This document shows positions 37,202-51,204 of a stretch of 64,000 nucleotides of DNA, in pieces (position 1 is the first letter of the stretch; each line of letters starts with the position of its first letter). Below the pieces are notes generated by a model that was not told where the DNA came from, did no database searches, and saw only the letters and a program-made list of their open reading frames with translations. Source of the stretch: Vicugna vicugna. Its lineage: Eukaryota. The stretch spans positions 8,739,490 through 8,803,489 of the forward strand of contig MU058844.1 in the NCBI GenBank assembly GCA_013265495.1, read 5' to 3'. A program made the position numbers and the translations under genes.

Positions 37202-37641
37202 TCTAACCATATTTACTGACCTAAAACCATGTCCACATACGTATGTGTATACCTACAATAAACCTGGAAGTTTCTATACATAGAGTACTGATAATTACCT
37301 TTCAAATTTTCTTTATTAATTTTTTATTTGCATATTTTTAAAGTAAGATTTTATTTATTATTATAACAGAAAAAATGTATTTAATGAAAGAGAAAATTTA
37401 ATTTGGAAGGCCTGTATTTGTGAGTGTTAAGAAACAATATCAGTGATGATTAAACTGATAGCAACTCCTAAGAATATTACATAACACTTATTAAATTTCT
37501 TTTGTTTCCAATTAAAAAGTAGAGGCATATAATTTGGGAAAGATGGAAATTACCTATAATAATTTAAGCAGGGGCTGGTAGAACTAATAATTTAGATCAT
37601 GCTAAATGTGCTTCACTGATTTTTTGAAAAATGTTTCTCAC

Positions 37642-37853
37642 CTACTGTTTAAAAATTTCTATAGGAAAAGCTTCTTTTTCTTGAATTTTTCCACTTAAAA
37701 CACACTTTGAGCATTTCCAAAAAAATTCAAACTTCCTATTTCTGGATAGCTATGAATAATCTGATCTACGGCTACATTAGATTCCTAACTGGAATACTTC
37801 ACTTGGAACTTTTCTGAACCTCGAAGGCATTTTGGGTTGGTAATTTAGAACTT
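37642..37853 (-). pseudogene. Candidate fossil exon, start of AAA3
   Basis: Donor TAG|gtgaga; frames LPTQNAFEVQ and VDQIIHSYPEIGSLNFFGNAQSVF*VEK weakly resemble AAA3; frameshifted. Confidence 0.4.
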
Positions 37854-37892
37854 CTACTCCCAAAGGCAGAATATTTTTGACACAATTTAAGT

Positions 37893-38180
37893 CACTGGGT
37901 GTCCACTTGTCACATCCTGCCTAGAGTCATGTTTCTTTTGGCCTTCAATAGTCTTTTGGCCATCATGTTTCAAAAATCTTGAATTATTTAACAACAATTG
38001 TAAAATGTTTCATTTCATAGGAAACTGAATTTGGAGATTCTGGGTTCCATTCTCGCTCTACTGCATGACAAAAATCTACAAGAACAGAGCAGCTGCAGGG
38101 CTCCCTAGATGGGGCTTTCACACTCAAATTTGCCACACAATATCTGCACTGCTCATGTGTATTATTTGCCTGACTATTTT
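37893..38180. mobile_element. Old hAT-type DNA transposon relic (MER102/103-like)
   Basis: gagcagctgcagggctccctagatggggctttcacactcaaatttgccacac motif. Confidence 0.45.
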
Positions 38181-38862
38181 ATAGAATTTGAATTTATGAT
38201 CACTTCTTTAGGCTATGTCCAAAGTCTTGCCTGACAAAATGATTTCCCAAAGTGCCTGCCTGCTAGGTCACCAAATTCCTATAAATAAAGGCTTTTTTTT
38301 TTGGTTTACGAAGTTCTACAAAATTTCCAGGCAGAGAACAGATGTGTCTCATGGGAGAGATTAATACTTTCATTCTCACATTAACAAAGATTGATTTGTT
38401 AACGCCTGAATAGGGAGCAGAGTTCTGAGTGGAGGTGAGGTATAGGATATATAAGTGTTCACGAGGGATGCACTGAGAAGCAACGGGTACCAAATGTCTA
38501 CAAAAGTCTGAGTGATCAGGCTGTGAAAAGGAGAGTTAAACTGGACAGTTCATAGAAACCAACAGAGTTAATTTACTTTTGAAGTTAATGGCTAAAAATT
38601 CCCTGACCTATGATGAACACAAATAGCAGTAGGTTTAAAAGCCACTTCCATTGGCTTTTGAGCAATTCTGAGTTATTTGTAGACTTTTGAAATATGAGCT
38701 TACATATACATCTTTTTTAAAGAAAGAGACTAGCATATAACATGTTTAATAGTCTATGTTCCTTTCATCTCATAAGTGCTTTTTAATTCTCATGCTTTTC
38801 TTACTTTTTATGAAAAATAATTTTGAAATCTATTGTTTTCTCTTCAAGACACATGCAGTTAC

Positions 38863-39068
38863 TTTTTTGACACTGCTTTAAGAATAAGCATCATTAAAAT
38901 TGTAATGAAACCATTCATAAAGCTATTAATAAAATGTGAATTAAGTTCATATTTTAAATTCCTACATAATTCTTTCTGTATATCTATTCAACTTTTTGGA
39001 TTTTTGTCTCACATAATTTTGGAATTGAGATTTACCACAGTCAGCCATTGTCAGAATGGTTTGTTGCC
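38863..39068 (-). pseudogene. Candidate fossil exon between AAA2 and AAA3
   Basis: Acceptor ttttatcatcctttag, donor gtaact; QQTILTMADCGKSQFQNYVRQKSKKL then disrupted. Confidence 0.5.
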
Positions 39069-39198
39069 CTAAAGGATGATAAAAACTGGGTCAGAGAATA
39101 TGGGTCTAATCTGGGGAAACAGACTATAAGCTCTTTTTACTCAAAAACATTTATGAAAATCTAAATTATATGTTACTCAACATTATTCTTTGCCGAGA

Positions 39199-39199
<1 letters not shown>

Positions 39200-39240
<41 letters not shown>

Positions 39241-39258
39241 GTATATATATATACATAT
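39200..39258. repeat. (CA)n/(TA)n microsatellite
   Basis: Direct observation. Confidence 0.9.
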
Positions 39259-40347
39259 AAACACATAAAATCATAGTTTCTGTTCACAAGGAGCTAGTAA
39301 CTTAGCCAGGCAGAAAGACAGCTAACTAGTACAATATGATAACTGCTGTAATGATCTGAGGCAGCTCCAGAGGGAGCACAGGGGAAGGATAGATTTATAT
39401 TGCTATGAGAATCAGAATGTTTCCCCTCAAAAGCAGTAACTGTGAATTGGACTTAAAAGGCTATCGGACTATCACATAGCAAACGGATACAGAAAAAGTA
39501 CATAACAGATTCAAGGAGCCATGACTAAACTCATAATTGGAAAATAACTTTGATGAGAGATAAATCTGCAAAGAGGCATTGAGACCATTTGGAAGTGTTT
39601 CATACTGAATCACTGTCTAAGGAAAATTGAGGGCAATTGGGAAATATATACCAAGAGTTCTGGAAGTTATAAATACATTGTACCGTTTTGTGTCTAGGGG
39701 GTTTATTCTAAGAAAATAATGTGGAATAAACTATGATATGGTAACAGGAATGCTCCTCACAGCATTATCTAGAATATAAAAATTTGGAAGTGTCTTAAAT
39801 GGGTAACAATAGGGACCTGAAATACTGGGTAGAGCTTTAAAATAGACCTTTAGAATTATCTGCATTTTGATATTTAAGGATGGGATTTCATAGTTAAACT
39901 GAGTTAGTCAAAGACCATCTGCAATATTCCCATTGACTTTAATAACTTGCAAAGAAGTCAGTAAATTCAGGGAAGACCTGGGGAAAGTGGATAGTTGGCA
40001 AAGAGAGTCTTCCGGAGAAACAGTCAGGTCTCCGCATTTCCGTATTCATTTCTTCACCCTCACCCTTCGGCACCTATTGTTCACATACTTTGTTTACTCT
40101 TTTTAAAGACCAATTTATCACTTTTCTCTAAAATGTGATCCTCAGTATGTCCACTATATACACAACTTCCTCTCAAAGGCAGTTCTTTTGTTTGTTCTAA
40201 TTTCTAAAGAATGGCATATGAACTCAGACAGCTTGACTACAATTCGACTCCACTGTTTTCTACCTGGATGACCTTTGGTAACAGACTTAGCCCGTCCCTT
40301 CTTCAGCTTAATCATCTGTAAAAATTTGGAATCAATTAATACTTACC

Positions 40348-40790
40348 TGTTACAACTTGAATTTTGTCCCTCAAATATTCGTATGTTGAAGTCATAACCG
40401 CCAGTACCTCAGGTTATTATCTTATTTGGAAAAAGGGTCATTGAAGATATAATTACTTAAATGATGTTATATGGGAGCAAAGCGGGGCCCCAATCCAACG
40501 TGACTGGTGTCCTTATCAAAAGGGGAAATTTGGACATAGCCATGGACAAAGGAAAAATGCTCTGTGAAGATGGAAGCAAAAATGTACAAGCCAAGGAACA
40601 CCAAAGATTGCCAAAACCAGCAGCTTTGGGGGAGGCATGGAACAGAGTTACCATCACAGCCATCAGAAGAAAGCAGATCTGAAACATTTTGACTCTAGAT
40701 ATCTACCCTCTCTGTGAGACCATATATTTCTTTTGTTTAAACCACCCAATTTGTGGTACTTTGTTCAGGAAGCCTTAACAAACTGATACA
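40348..40790 (+). mobile_element. MLT1 (MaLR) solo LTR inserted in a MIR (~40205-40870)
   Basis: tgttacaacttgaatt...gtatgttgaagtc...aaactgataca; TSD ttacc/ctacc; MIR continuous on both sides. Confidence 0.85.
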
Positions 40791-42381
40791 CTACCTCACA
40801 GGACAACTGAGAGAATCAAATGTAAAGCTTATAGAATGATTCTTCTCATGTAATAAGCTAATATTAGGCATCAACTAAAGGAGAAATAAGGTCTGGGTAT
40901 AGTTGTTCTTTGTAGTATTTCTGATTTATGATAGCTACTTAGATCTATTCTGCTTCTGTAAGTCAGGCAAACTAAAATTCAACACTTAACATAATCAACT
41001 CGCCATTTTTAAAGAAAAATTCAACATAAACCCTTCAGTGAGACTGCTCCTTGTCCAAGAAATGCTGCCATGTTTTTTTTTACCCCTTCAATTTGATGCA
41101 AAAACTTCAATCCATCTTTAGCTTTTCTATTTCCTTCATGATTTGATTACAAAATCTTATTTTTTTGGTGTATGTTCAGATTTTCATAATGTAACATTTA
41201 GACTATCTTAATGGTCCCCATATTTTTTTTTTCTGTATATAGTAAACTCTGCTGCTCAACACATTATCCTGAAATGCTTTTTTGAGCATGTCATCTCCTT
41301 GCTAGAAAATGTGAGGTGTTTTCAGAAACTGATTTAAACTCTTCACCTTGGCATTCAAGACCCTTTATGATTAAACTAATATTCAATTTCCCAAACTTTT
41401 ATTCCACTCTCATGAAGTTGATTTCCATTTAGCAGTTATTTCCAGGGCAGAGAGCAGAGCAAAAAAAAAAAATTAACCTTCTGTTTTTGCATTTCTTCTT
41501 GTGCCAAACAAATACTATGGTTCAGTTTTTGTTTATAAGCTGTCCTCTTTGTTCCCAGAGTACTTCACTGCTGTTTTTTCACTTTGATAATTATGTTAGA
41601 CTTATGAAAAAGTTTATAAAATAATATGATGAATACCCATGTTCTCATCACCCAGAATAAAATATAAAGCATTAATAAAAGTCCTCAGATTTTCATTATA
41701 TACTCCTCCCCAATCTAATCTCCCCTCTTAAACTTCAGAGAAACCAGTTCAAAATGTCTTTATCTTTGTACTATGTTTCTATCTTTAAAAAAATACATAG
41801 TATTATTTTACATTTAGTATTTTATATTTATGCTGTATGTGTCCTTCTACAACTTATTTTTTTACTTAGTAGTATGCCTTTGGGACTCATCCTGTTGGTT
41901 GATGTAGCTCTAGTTCATTTATTTTTCCTTTTGTATGGATTTTTATGTGTGACTATACCAAAATGAATCCATTGCACTGTTGACAGACATTGGGTTGATA
42001 TCTATTTTATCTCATTCATTTATCATTCATTAAAGAAATATTTATCAAGCATCAAAGATTCAAGAGGAAAATGAATTCCCCATCCTCCTAAAGCTTATGT
42101 TCTAGTACAAATACATCCTCTTTTACAAATGAACATGAGTTTACCTAAAGTAAATTGCCAGTGATGAATTGCTGGGGCAATGGGTTTACATATCTTTAAT
42201 ATTAGTAGATATTGTCAAATTTTTCTCCACAAATATCAAATCAGAATATTACAACAATCTACATCCTCATTAATTCTTGTCATTGTCAAACATGAATTTT
42301 ACCATTCTGATGATTGTAAAATAGTACCTACTTATAGTCTGAATATGTAATTCCCTAATTACAATTGATATGCAACTTTTT

Positions 42382-42950
42382 TTAAACATTTTTTATTGAT
42401 TTATAATAATTTTACAATGTTCTGTCAAATTCCAATGTAGAGCACAATTTTTCAGTTATACATGAACATATATATATGCATTGTCACATTTTTTTCTCTG
42501 TGATCTACCATTAAGATCTTGTATATATTTCCCTCTGCTATACAGTATAATCTTGTTTATCTATTCTACAATTTTGAAATCTCGTCTATCCCTTCCCACC
42601 CTCCGCCCCCTTGGCAACCACAAGTTTGTATTCTATGTCTATGAGTCTGTTTCTGTTTTGTATTTATGCTTTGTTTGTTTGCTTGTTTTTTTATTTTAGA
42701 TTCCACATATGAGTGATCTCATATGGTATTTTTCTTTCTCTTTCTGGCTTACTTCACTTAGAATGACATTCTCCAGGGAAATCCATCCATGTTGCTGCAA
42801 ATGGCATTATGTTGTCAGTTTTTATGGCTGAATAGTATTCCATTGTATAAATATACCAAATCTTCTTTAGCCAATCATCTGTTGATGGACATTTAGGCTG
42901 TTTCCATGTCTTGGCTATTGTAAATAGTGCTGCATGAACATACATTGGGG
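42382..42950 (-). mobile_element. Younger L1 3' end nested in old L1
   Basis: AALFTIAKTWKQPKCP remnant; TSD tgcaacttttt at 42371 and 42951. Confidence 0.9.
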
Positions 42951-43219
42951 TGCAACTTTTTATGTTCATAGGCCATTTGTGTTTCCTGCGACTTTGCCTA
43001 TTTTTCTACCGGAATATTTGACTTTTTAACATTGACTGGTAGGAACATTTTTGCATGCTAATCTAATGCTTTTCAACAAAGTTTTATAATTTTCTCTACA
43101 AAAGTCTCAACATTTCTTTTGATGTATTAGTCTTTCCCTATATATTAACTTTTGTAAATGTTGTTTATAATTTACATTTTCTGTTTGTTTGTAAATGGAT
43201 TTTATTTGTAGATCTAAAT

Positions 43220-43416
43220 TAAAGGTTAGCAAATTCTTTCTATGAAAGATGAGTTAGTAAGTATTTTCAGCTTTGCAAACCAAGAAGCAAAGTCCAGCAA
43301 GTGTTCTCACCAAAAAGCTAAGAAGTTTTTTACATTTAAAATCATTTTTAGCTCATGGCTCTTGGAAAAACAGGCAGCAAAATGGATTTGGTCTACAGAC
43401 TGTTTGCTGATCCCTT
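43220..43416. mobile_element. MER58-like hAT MITE
   Basis: aggttagcaaattctttctatgaaag...tttgctgatccct; 8-bp TSD atctaaat. Confidence 0.75.
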
Positions 43417-44917
43417 ATCTAAATTATAGCACACTTATCAAATTCTATTGTTAATTGTAATAATTTGTAAATTTGTGTGATTGTTCTAATTAGGCAATCA
43501 TATCGTACACAGTGTGGGATATTTATATTTTTCTTTCTAATCATTATAAAATTATTTCTCTTATTTTACTGTATTTGGTTAGGACTTCCAGAAAAATACT
43601 GAGTAAAAGTGTTGATTGTGGTATACTGTTTTTTTTTTATATAAAAGGGACCATGTTAATATTTCACCATTGGCTATTACATTTGTTTTGAGCTTGTATC
43701 AGAACATTTGTCAGTTTAAGGCACTGTCTTCTATTTCTAGTTTCCTGAGGGTTTATTACTAGTTAACATACTATAAACATAATGTTTAATCAATTCTAAA
43801 TCTTTTTCTTATTTTTAAATTAAAATGGTTGTATTTTCCTCTTACAACTAAAGCAAAACATGTGAAGAGATTTTCTTATGCTAAATTTTTGGATCACTTG
43901 TATTAATGCATTGCTAATTAAGATTTGCTACTATTTTACTGAGAATTTTTCTTCTATGATAACACATGAGATTAATCTATAAATTTGCTTTCTCATATTG
44001 CCCTTTTCTGGTTTTGGTATCAATGCTATATTAGCTTCATAAAGCAAGTTGGAGAGTATACTCACTTTATGATTCTTCTAAAAAAATTTTGCATTAATTG
44101 AAATTATCTATTTCTTGAATATAGACCTCACCCAGAAAAACATCTGAGACCAGTAGGTTTAGGTATGTATGTGTGCAGATTTTAAACTATTGACTCAATT
44201 TCTTTAATGGTTATATATCTATTAAGATTTTTATTTCCTAAAAATGAGGTTTAATAAGATATATTCTAGGAAAACTGCCCATTTTACTTAAGTGTTCAAG
44301 TTAATTGGCATAGATTTATACTACTTTGATTTTTAAGACATTTCATTATAGAACATTTCCAAAAATTCATCAAATAGATTAATAAAATAAACTTCCTTGT
44401 ACCCATTTCCCAACTTTAATTATGTATATACTAAGTTAACTTAACAGTAAAGAAGAATAAAAAACGGAGGCATCAAAGGTAACCAGATATCCTAATCGAG
44501 TCTATATTAGAACATCTGAAATGCTCCAATATAAGAAACTTGTTCCTATTTCCTGCCTTTGTCCTGCCTTTGCACATATACAGAAATGTGTTACTTCCCA
44601 AGGACTGTTTCAAACTCTTAATGAATGCAGATATGTATATATACACATGTACACAGACACACAACCCCTTGGTATTTGCAATTTTGCCTTTGTAACAAGA
44701 GACATGGTTGTAGTGCAAAAAGATATGAGGAAGTTGTCTTAGAAATAAATGACATGGATGTATCATTTCTCTTCTCCACTATCTTTAGGGTGATATTTGA
44801 ATCTTAAATGCCTACTTCCCATAATCGCTTATAACACATATCAAAGTGACAATGGCAATAGCCCATGTCAGACTTCACATGCCAACGGATGTCTAGACTT
44901 TAAATAATTTTATTTAC

Positions 44918-45012
44918 CATGATATTAGGAATTGACAAAGTTATTTTATCACACATTGGACTGGCAATAAGTAAAAAGGCCAGTGGCCATTTTTAGTGTT
45001 AGCCTTTTGTTT
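44918..45012 (-). pseudogene. Candidate fossil exon, AAA2 lid
   Basis: Acceptor catattttctgtag, donor ATG|gtaaat; KQKANTKNGHWPFYLLPVQCVIK*LCQFLIS. Confidence 0.5.
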
Positions 45013-45121
45013 CTACAGAAAATATGAAACTATAAAATTGATCCAACTCATCAAGTCTTCCACTTCTGCAGATACTATAAAGCTGTAGCATTTTTTTGTT
45101 TTTACTAGGACAACAACTCAC

Positions 45122-45446
45122 TTTACCATCAAGGTATTAAAAACTTCTGAGTTTCTGTTTTTGATAGTATACTGGAGGACAGATACTGAACAATAAACAG
45201 TGACAAGAAGAAACTATTCGGAATAAGACATCGTCAACCTGCTCAAGCCACCATAAGATGAAACCTAACTTTGCTAGAACTTGTAGTATTGCTGCTGTAT
45301 GATTCAGCAGGTATATACCAGTATGAAGTATCAGCTGGGTGTTCTGATGATTCAGGCAGTTCTTACGACTGCTAAAATCTTGAACATCACCATTGTATAA
45401 AGCTAATTTTCTTATTTTAAAGTGCTATATGGTCTGGAACCAGATA
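45122..45446 (-). pseudogene. Fossil exon, AAA2 Walker B to lid
   Basis: About 95 codons open: KIRKLALYNGDVQDFSSRKNCLNHQNTQLILHTGIYLLNHTAAILQVLAKLGFILWWLEQVDD...LLFSICPPV ~ RKWVVFDGPID..ENMNSVLDDNKxLxLxSGE...SRCGMIY..SWL..LFxxxIPP; donor AAA|gtgagt. Confidence 0.8.
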
Positions 45447-47534
45447 CTATTTAATGTGAAGGAGGGAGAAGAAGTTTTGTGAGAAGTGTCTGGAGGCAGT
45501 GAGAAATTGGATGGGGAGAAGAAGAGCACAAGGTGGCTTACGCTCAAACCTGCTTCCATCTACTAGTTTTGAGATCACTAAAAAGAGTCTTCTAATTACA
45601 AAGTGAAGCTGAATGTTTTCAAAGGGATTTAGGAAACACAGTGAATATACAGTGCTGTCTAAGGGCTTCGGAGACAAAGCATGGTCTTGAGTGGTCAGTA
45701 GTCTTATTTAAATTTCTGTGAGGATCATACTGCAGCTCTGATACCATGAGAATTGAAACATTATTAGTGTCCACAAGAGATTCACACCTAGATGGAAATG
45801 AGTAGAAGAACTTGAGAGAATGTCTTTGGAATCATACACACATGGGTGATCTTCAGAAATATTTGGAGATTGGGGAAAGGGTGGAATGAGTATTGTGGTG
45901 CTGAATTCATTCTCCTGAAACTAGAAGGTAGCAAAATAGGGTAATAATAATAACCTAATAGACATAAATATCAGTTACATACATAAGAAGGATGGTGCCT
46001 CGTGATCTTAACAGCAGGTGGTAAAGAGGGAGGGAATATTTGTATGTTTTGCAGCAGGTTAAGGAATTATCTCATATTAATAATTTATTGAGGACTAAAA
46101 CTAAAAACAAAAACAAAATTCCACTTGTGAGACTTTATCTCTCACTAGGTAATTTAACCAAGTTATATTCATTATAATAATTAAAAAGTTTTTTCCTGTT
46201 AAGATCATTTATTTTATATTTAATACATCTTCTGTTTTCCTATTTTAACTTTTTCTTTATGTATGAAGTCACTCCAACTTCATAGTTTTCAAGGTAGTGT
46301 TGGCATTAATATATTTCTATTATCACAGTAATTTTCTCCATATACTTGAAAATTTTATTTCACTGCCTTCAGGCTTGCATTACTAATCTTGTTTCAAAAG
46401 TTGCTTTGCTTTTATTTACTATTCCTTTGTAAGTAATATTTTATTGCTTGGAATAAAATATGCTTCCTAAATAGGTATATTGTTATTTTTGTATCAGTTC
46501 AGAAAACTCCAAACCATTATCTATTCAAATGTTTTAATTAGTATGTATTGGATATATCCTTTGGATTTTTTTTTTTTACTTTCACACTTTTAAATTCCCT
46601 GCTTCTTAGACTCTAATCAGAAGCTCACCAGATCTCTGATTCTGTCTTCCACAGTCTTAATATTTTAAAAATATATTCTCTTTATCTCTGTGAGGCATTT
46701 TAGTCATTTCTTGGGATATATATTCCAGTTTATTCAGTCTCTTCCTGGCTCTTTCTAATCCACTGTTTAATCTATCTGATGTTTTTTTTTTTTTTCAACA
46801 TTATATATGATTATTTCTAGAAGTTAATTTCTAATTGTTATGTTGCTTTTATCTATGATGCAGACTGTTTAAAAATAATTCATATGTAGCTGTTCTAATA
46901 TCTGCAGTTCAATATCTTCATATTTGAATATCCAAATCTTTTTGTTCCTTGTTTCCTCTGACTTACAGCGGCTTCACTTCTTTAACGTTCGGTGATCTTT
47001 GATAGACTTTATAGCTTCGTCATACCCATTGAGAATCTAGCACAACACAAACTGGGAAATTTTTTCTCCTAAGACGATTTACTTCTACATTTACTAGTAT
47101 CTAGACTGAGACTGTTTCAGCCTCCTGATGATCGTAGTTATTGGGGAAATAACAGACTTTGCTTCTCCATTTCATTTCATGTAAGGTTGAATATTCTCAC
47201 AGCAGTGTTATTTTTGGAAAATGTCCTCTAAGCAACCCATTTTTAAGGTCATTTACTGTTCTAGCACCAGATAATTTTTTTTTTTTTTTACTATGGGGAG
47301 AATAATTAAAGACTTCCTCACCTCTTGTGAAACTAGCTATGCCTCATGGGAAGTGTTCTATTTAGGATACAGTAGGACTGTTGTGACAATACACTTAGTC
47401 ACTTGTAAATGTAATGTGTGAAGCAGAAGACATTAACAATATACAGGCATTTGTCATCAATATTTCCTGGAGACTTTACTGTTAGAATCTATAAAATAAT
47501 CTGGAATACTGGTGTGCCAAACTCCCTCTTTTAC

Positions 47535-47665
47535 CTGACATTACTCTTTGCCCTTTTTAAAAATCTTGGAAGTCACCAGTTAGAGACTTTTCAAATGTGG
47601 TAAGGTGTTTTATTTCTGAGGTTTTTATTGGTGATGTTAATTTTAAAGTTTATGATTTTCTCATT
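47535..47665 (-). pseudogene. Fossil exon, AAA2
   Basis: 131 nt, phase 0-2 (fits the 45446 exon); aatttcttcag acceptor, CAG|gtaaaa donor; NEKIINFKINITNKNL ~ EKVxxxxxNPKSIT. Confidence 0.55.
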
Positions 47666-48899
47666 CTGAAGAAATTTTATGCTTGAATAATTATTTGGAA
47701 AAATATATTTTAAAAAAAGAAAAAAGGACAACTGTAATTCCTTCACATACAAAAATACTATTATTATTTGAAATTATTCAATTCCAGTGGAATATATATA
47801 TATGTGTATATATATATATATGCATTTTACTACCATGTTTTCATCTAATATGAATATTTGCTAATATATTTTCATTTAGGGAATGGATTTTTAAAATAAA
47901 TTTATTTAGTCAATCTAGAAATTCAAATGAATTTTAATAATTAAAACAAGAAAAAGTAACATAAAATTTAACACCCTTATGTAACTATTTTAATACTTTA
48001 ATGAACTCTTTCAAGATCTCTAAGTATACACACACACACACTTTCCATATGTAGCATATTATATAATATCATGTATACATGTTATTCTGTAACTACCCTT
48101 TTCTCACAACAGTATGTGCTAAACTGCACAAGAACAACTTTCAAGAAGAATTGCAATAAGGAGAGAGCTCAAGAGAATTTTTTAGTTGAGACAGTGAAAC
48201 CTTGGATATATATAACATTTATTCTCATATTTTCATGAGATCTTTCAAATACGTGCCTTTATTAATCATTACCATCTGTGATTTGGTTCATTCTCATTAA
48301 TTCTTGCATGCTTGTATACATTAGTCATTAATTCTACTATTGAGAGCCCATTATTTTAAGTGCTAGAACTAAATGCTGGGAAACAAATGTAGCTGTGCCC
48401 TTGAGACATACCAACTCAGTGAAGAGGAAACAGAATTAAATATATATAAAATGTATTAGTGACCTGTATAGAAAACACTAGGGGTACTTAGAGGAGTGGG
48501 CAATTCTTCCTAAGGGGGAAAATGGTTTAAAAATCCTAAAGAAAAATAATCTGAGTTGAGTCTGGAAGATAAAAGATTTTTATTTACCTTATGGACTTGT
48601 AGGACTCAAGTGTGAAGGAGAAGAAATATAAAGTAGTATCTGGTATTCAAGCAACAGCAAGTTCAATAGATTCAGTAAGTCAAGAGTGTAAGAGTATTAA
48701 ATTATAGGTAGTAGTGTTAGAACTAAGCAAATATAATTAATGAGAAAGTTAAGCAGGTAGAAAAAGATGTTTTTCCAAATTCAATTGTTTTCAGTGGTAG
48801 TATTCCTTATAATATAGCTATATTGTATGCCCTCCTGCTATGATGGTGAGTTTAGATATTCATTTCAGTAAACACTTGAGTATGTTTTAATTAAAATGC

Positions 48900-49042
48900 C
48901 TTCTGAGAAAATGGAATGTTGCATTTTTAAACAGAATTTCAGGTTGCTATAGTAACTAATAAAACTGCCACTATTTATTCCAAATAACATAAGCATCTTT
49001 AAAGATGGTAAATCATTTTCAAAATAGCCTGACCATTAGTTA
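48900..49042 (-). pseudogene. Fossil exon, AAA2 Walker A position
   Basis: AILKMIYHL, frameshift, KMLMLFGINSGSFISYYSNLKFCLKM ~ ILKxxQLY...GxMLVGPSGSGKTxxYxxLxxAL; borders approximate. Confidence 0.6.
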
Positions 49043-49176
49043 CTGATGTTAAATTTAATTGTATTAACAATTAGTTGAATGTTTCATGTGTAACAAACTG
49101 CAGAAAATGTATATAAGAAAACATAGAAAATAGAGATACCTTTTAAAAGCTTATGACTTACAAATGTTTAATGCAC

Positions 49177-49414
49177 CTTCTACAAAAAAGAAGACAGTTT
49201 CTCTTCACTGATCAGATCATCTGTTAAGTTCAAATCATCCAGTAAAATAATTTTTTGTTGTTGTTCCCATGAAGTATGCAAGCCCCTGAAGCATAAGGGT
49301 AGCTAAGTGAGGGAAATAGCAAGTGACAAAAGGGAGTAATTGCATCCTGGAAATATGTAGCTCTTGTGGTAAAATCCCTGCAGGAATACTTGTCTCTTTT
49401 GTGTTGCAGACCTT
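49177..49414 (-). pseudogene. Fossil exon, AAA1 lid
   Basis: Acceptor ttttgtttccactgtcag, donor AAG|gtgcat; two overlapping frames give FVTCYFPHL and PFCHLLFPSLSYP ~ GIxSDLFPG; ends SSFL*K. Confidence 0.55.
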
Positions 49415-50040
49415 CTGACAGTGGAAACAAAAGGCCAACTGCAAATGGTTTAAGTATTTTAAAAAAAGTTTTTGCACAATATAATGAATGCAATTAGAAT
49501 CAAAGAGACTTCCTGATACAGTTTGAAAGTTAGTATAGTCAAATTAATACATAATCATGTATGTATTTACCTAATAATGGTGGAGACCCCTTAAGTATTA
49601 AAAAAAATGTCAGAAGATTGTGGTTAAGAATCCAAGATTAAAAGTTAAGAATGCTACCCAAAGATTTCCAGGATACTTTCAAAGTTTGAAAGCAAATTTC
49701 AAAAATCACACTACTAATGGAAACCACAGCGCTTTCTCTTCTTTTTGAGGAAGCAGCATAATTGCTATATTGGTCTAGCTGGTCTTTCTCTGGTCTTGGC
49801 TTCCTCATCTACAGAAGAGGGAAAATAAAGCCTACTGCAAGTGAGGAAATGATTTTAAGGATTCCAACACAGAGCCCGGTAATCCTTGGATCCCTTCTTT
49901 TGCCCACCCTCTTCAAGTGTCACAAGATTCATAAATCCTATGCTATTACAGAAAATTACAGAGGCATATTTTCATTGAAGGTATAATTTTGAAATTAAGG
50001 AAGAGTTAAAAAGTCCTGCTTTAAAAAAAAAACAGCATAC

Positions 50041-50367
50041 CATGCATGGCAAAACAAAGTAATTGATTTCATCAATAAAAAGATGCAAAGATTCTGAGGT
50101 TCTTTGTCTTATTAGGACTGACATGATTCATTACATTCATTTGAGAATTCCCATCCATGTTGTCTTGCTTTTATCTCTTCGTATTTCCCAGAACCGTTTT
50201 AAAAAGTGTAATTTTCTTCCTTTATAATGTTTTATTTTCTTGTTTACATAATTTGAAAACTTTACCTTACATCTTAATGTCTTTCAAGATTAGTCATTTA
50301 TTTGTGTAGGTTTGTAGAATTTTTTTAAGGAATAATGGAACAGACATATGCATTACTTATTAAATGT
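50041..50367 (-). pseudogene. Fossil exon, AAA1 end and lid
   Basis: VPLFLKK/FYKP ~ LPDNLKALFRP; GRKLHFLKRFWEIRRDKSKTTWMGILK...LFIDEINYFVLPCM; donor ATG|gtatgc. Confidence 0.6.
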
Positions 50368-50647
50368 CTCCATAAAATTTTTATGATAATCTGGATTAGG
50401 AACTTAATTTTAAAATATTTTCTTGAATTAAGTATTTGTCTCATTTGTTTTAGCAGTACTTGATGGATAGCATATATTCTCTTTGAGAAAATAGAGTTAT
50501 AAAGTATGATAAAAAAAACAAAAACTTAAATCCTGCCAGAGAAAGAACTGCTATGCATTTATATAACAATAATATTTTAAAACTGGGACTGGACATTTTA
50601 ATATTATTTTTAAATTAGTAAAATGAAATAAAATGATGTCTAGTAAC

Positions 50648-50725
50648 CAAAAATTATCCAAGAAACAGATGGCAAGAACAAAATGTTTTGTGTATCATCA
50701 ATTTGTCCATATTAGTCCTAGCATT
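50648..50725 (-). pseudogene. Candidate fossil exon, AAA1 sensor-I region
   Basis: Acceptor tttttctttccctag; QIDDTQNILFLPSVSWIIF ~ F.dGxEIxLNPSxxIFIT. Confidence 0.5.
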
Positions 50726-50809
50726 CTAGGGAAAGAAAAACTCTTTTCTTGAAATTTATTTTTTTGCAGTGTTTAAAGATAATCACCCTGGTATTATGAA
50801 GTGGTAAAA

Positions 50810-51030
50810 TCAAAGCATAAAAGTTAGGTGCTAGAATTACAGAATTTTGAGTTTTCATCCCATAACCACTGCATATATATTGAGTATATTATTTAACTTC
50901 TGTAAACTCCAGTTTCCTCAACTATAAAATGGAGGAAATAATTAACTATATGAAAACATGAGATAATATATGTGACACATTTAGCAAACACTGTGTGTTG
51001 CTGATGGCATACAATCAATAAATGTTATCA
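50810..51030 (+). mobile_element. MIR
   Basis: atttaacttctgtaaactccagtttcctcaactataaaatgg...caataaatgtta. Confidence 0.75.
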
Positions 51031-51204
51031 TTATATTTATTTTTCTCACTGCATACAGTGTTATACTCAACATAATTAACATAAATTTACTTCATACTTC
51101 TATTCCCCTTGCAGGGTTAACTTACTGTTGATCAACTTAAAGTCAGTGGTGAAGATTCAGGAAAAATACAATTTTCAACTCCATTTATACATCTCCCTTA
51201 AATT

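Larger units (their letters stand above)
41570..44400 (-). mobile_element. Old L1 (L1M-type) antisense block with younger insertions
   Basis: T-rich antisense ORF2/3'UTR (ggttaggacttccagaaaaatactgagt; tctggttttggtatcaatgctatattagcttcata). Confidence 0.7.

Noticed and set aside
37895..37920. AGCDKWT as a possible AAA3 Walker A
   Set aside because: Appears to lie within the left end of an old hAT relic, so probably not exon sequence.
40990..41202. Possible further fossil exon between AAA2 lid and AAA3
   Set aside because: Protein-like frames but weak splice signals and no convincing motif match by eye; left uncalled.
45338..45392. Imperfect hairpin with TGATGA (snoRNA, SECIS or miRNA-like)
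   Set aside because: No properly placed D box or SECIS apical AA, stem is bulged, and the sequence is explained as the AAA2 fossil exon on the other strand.
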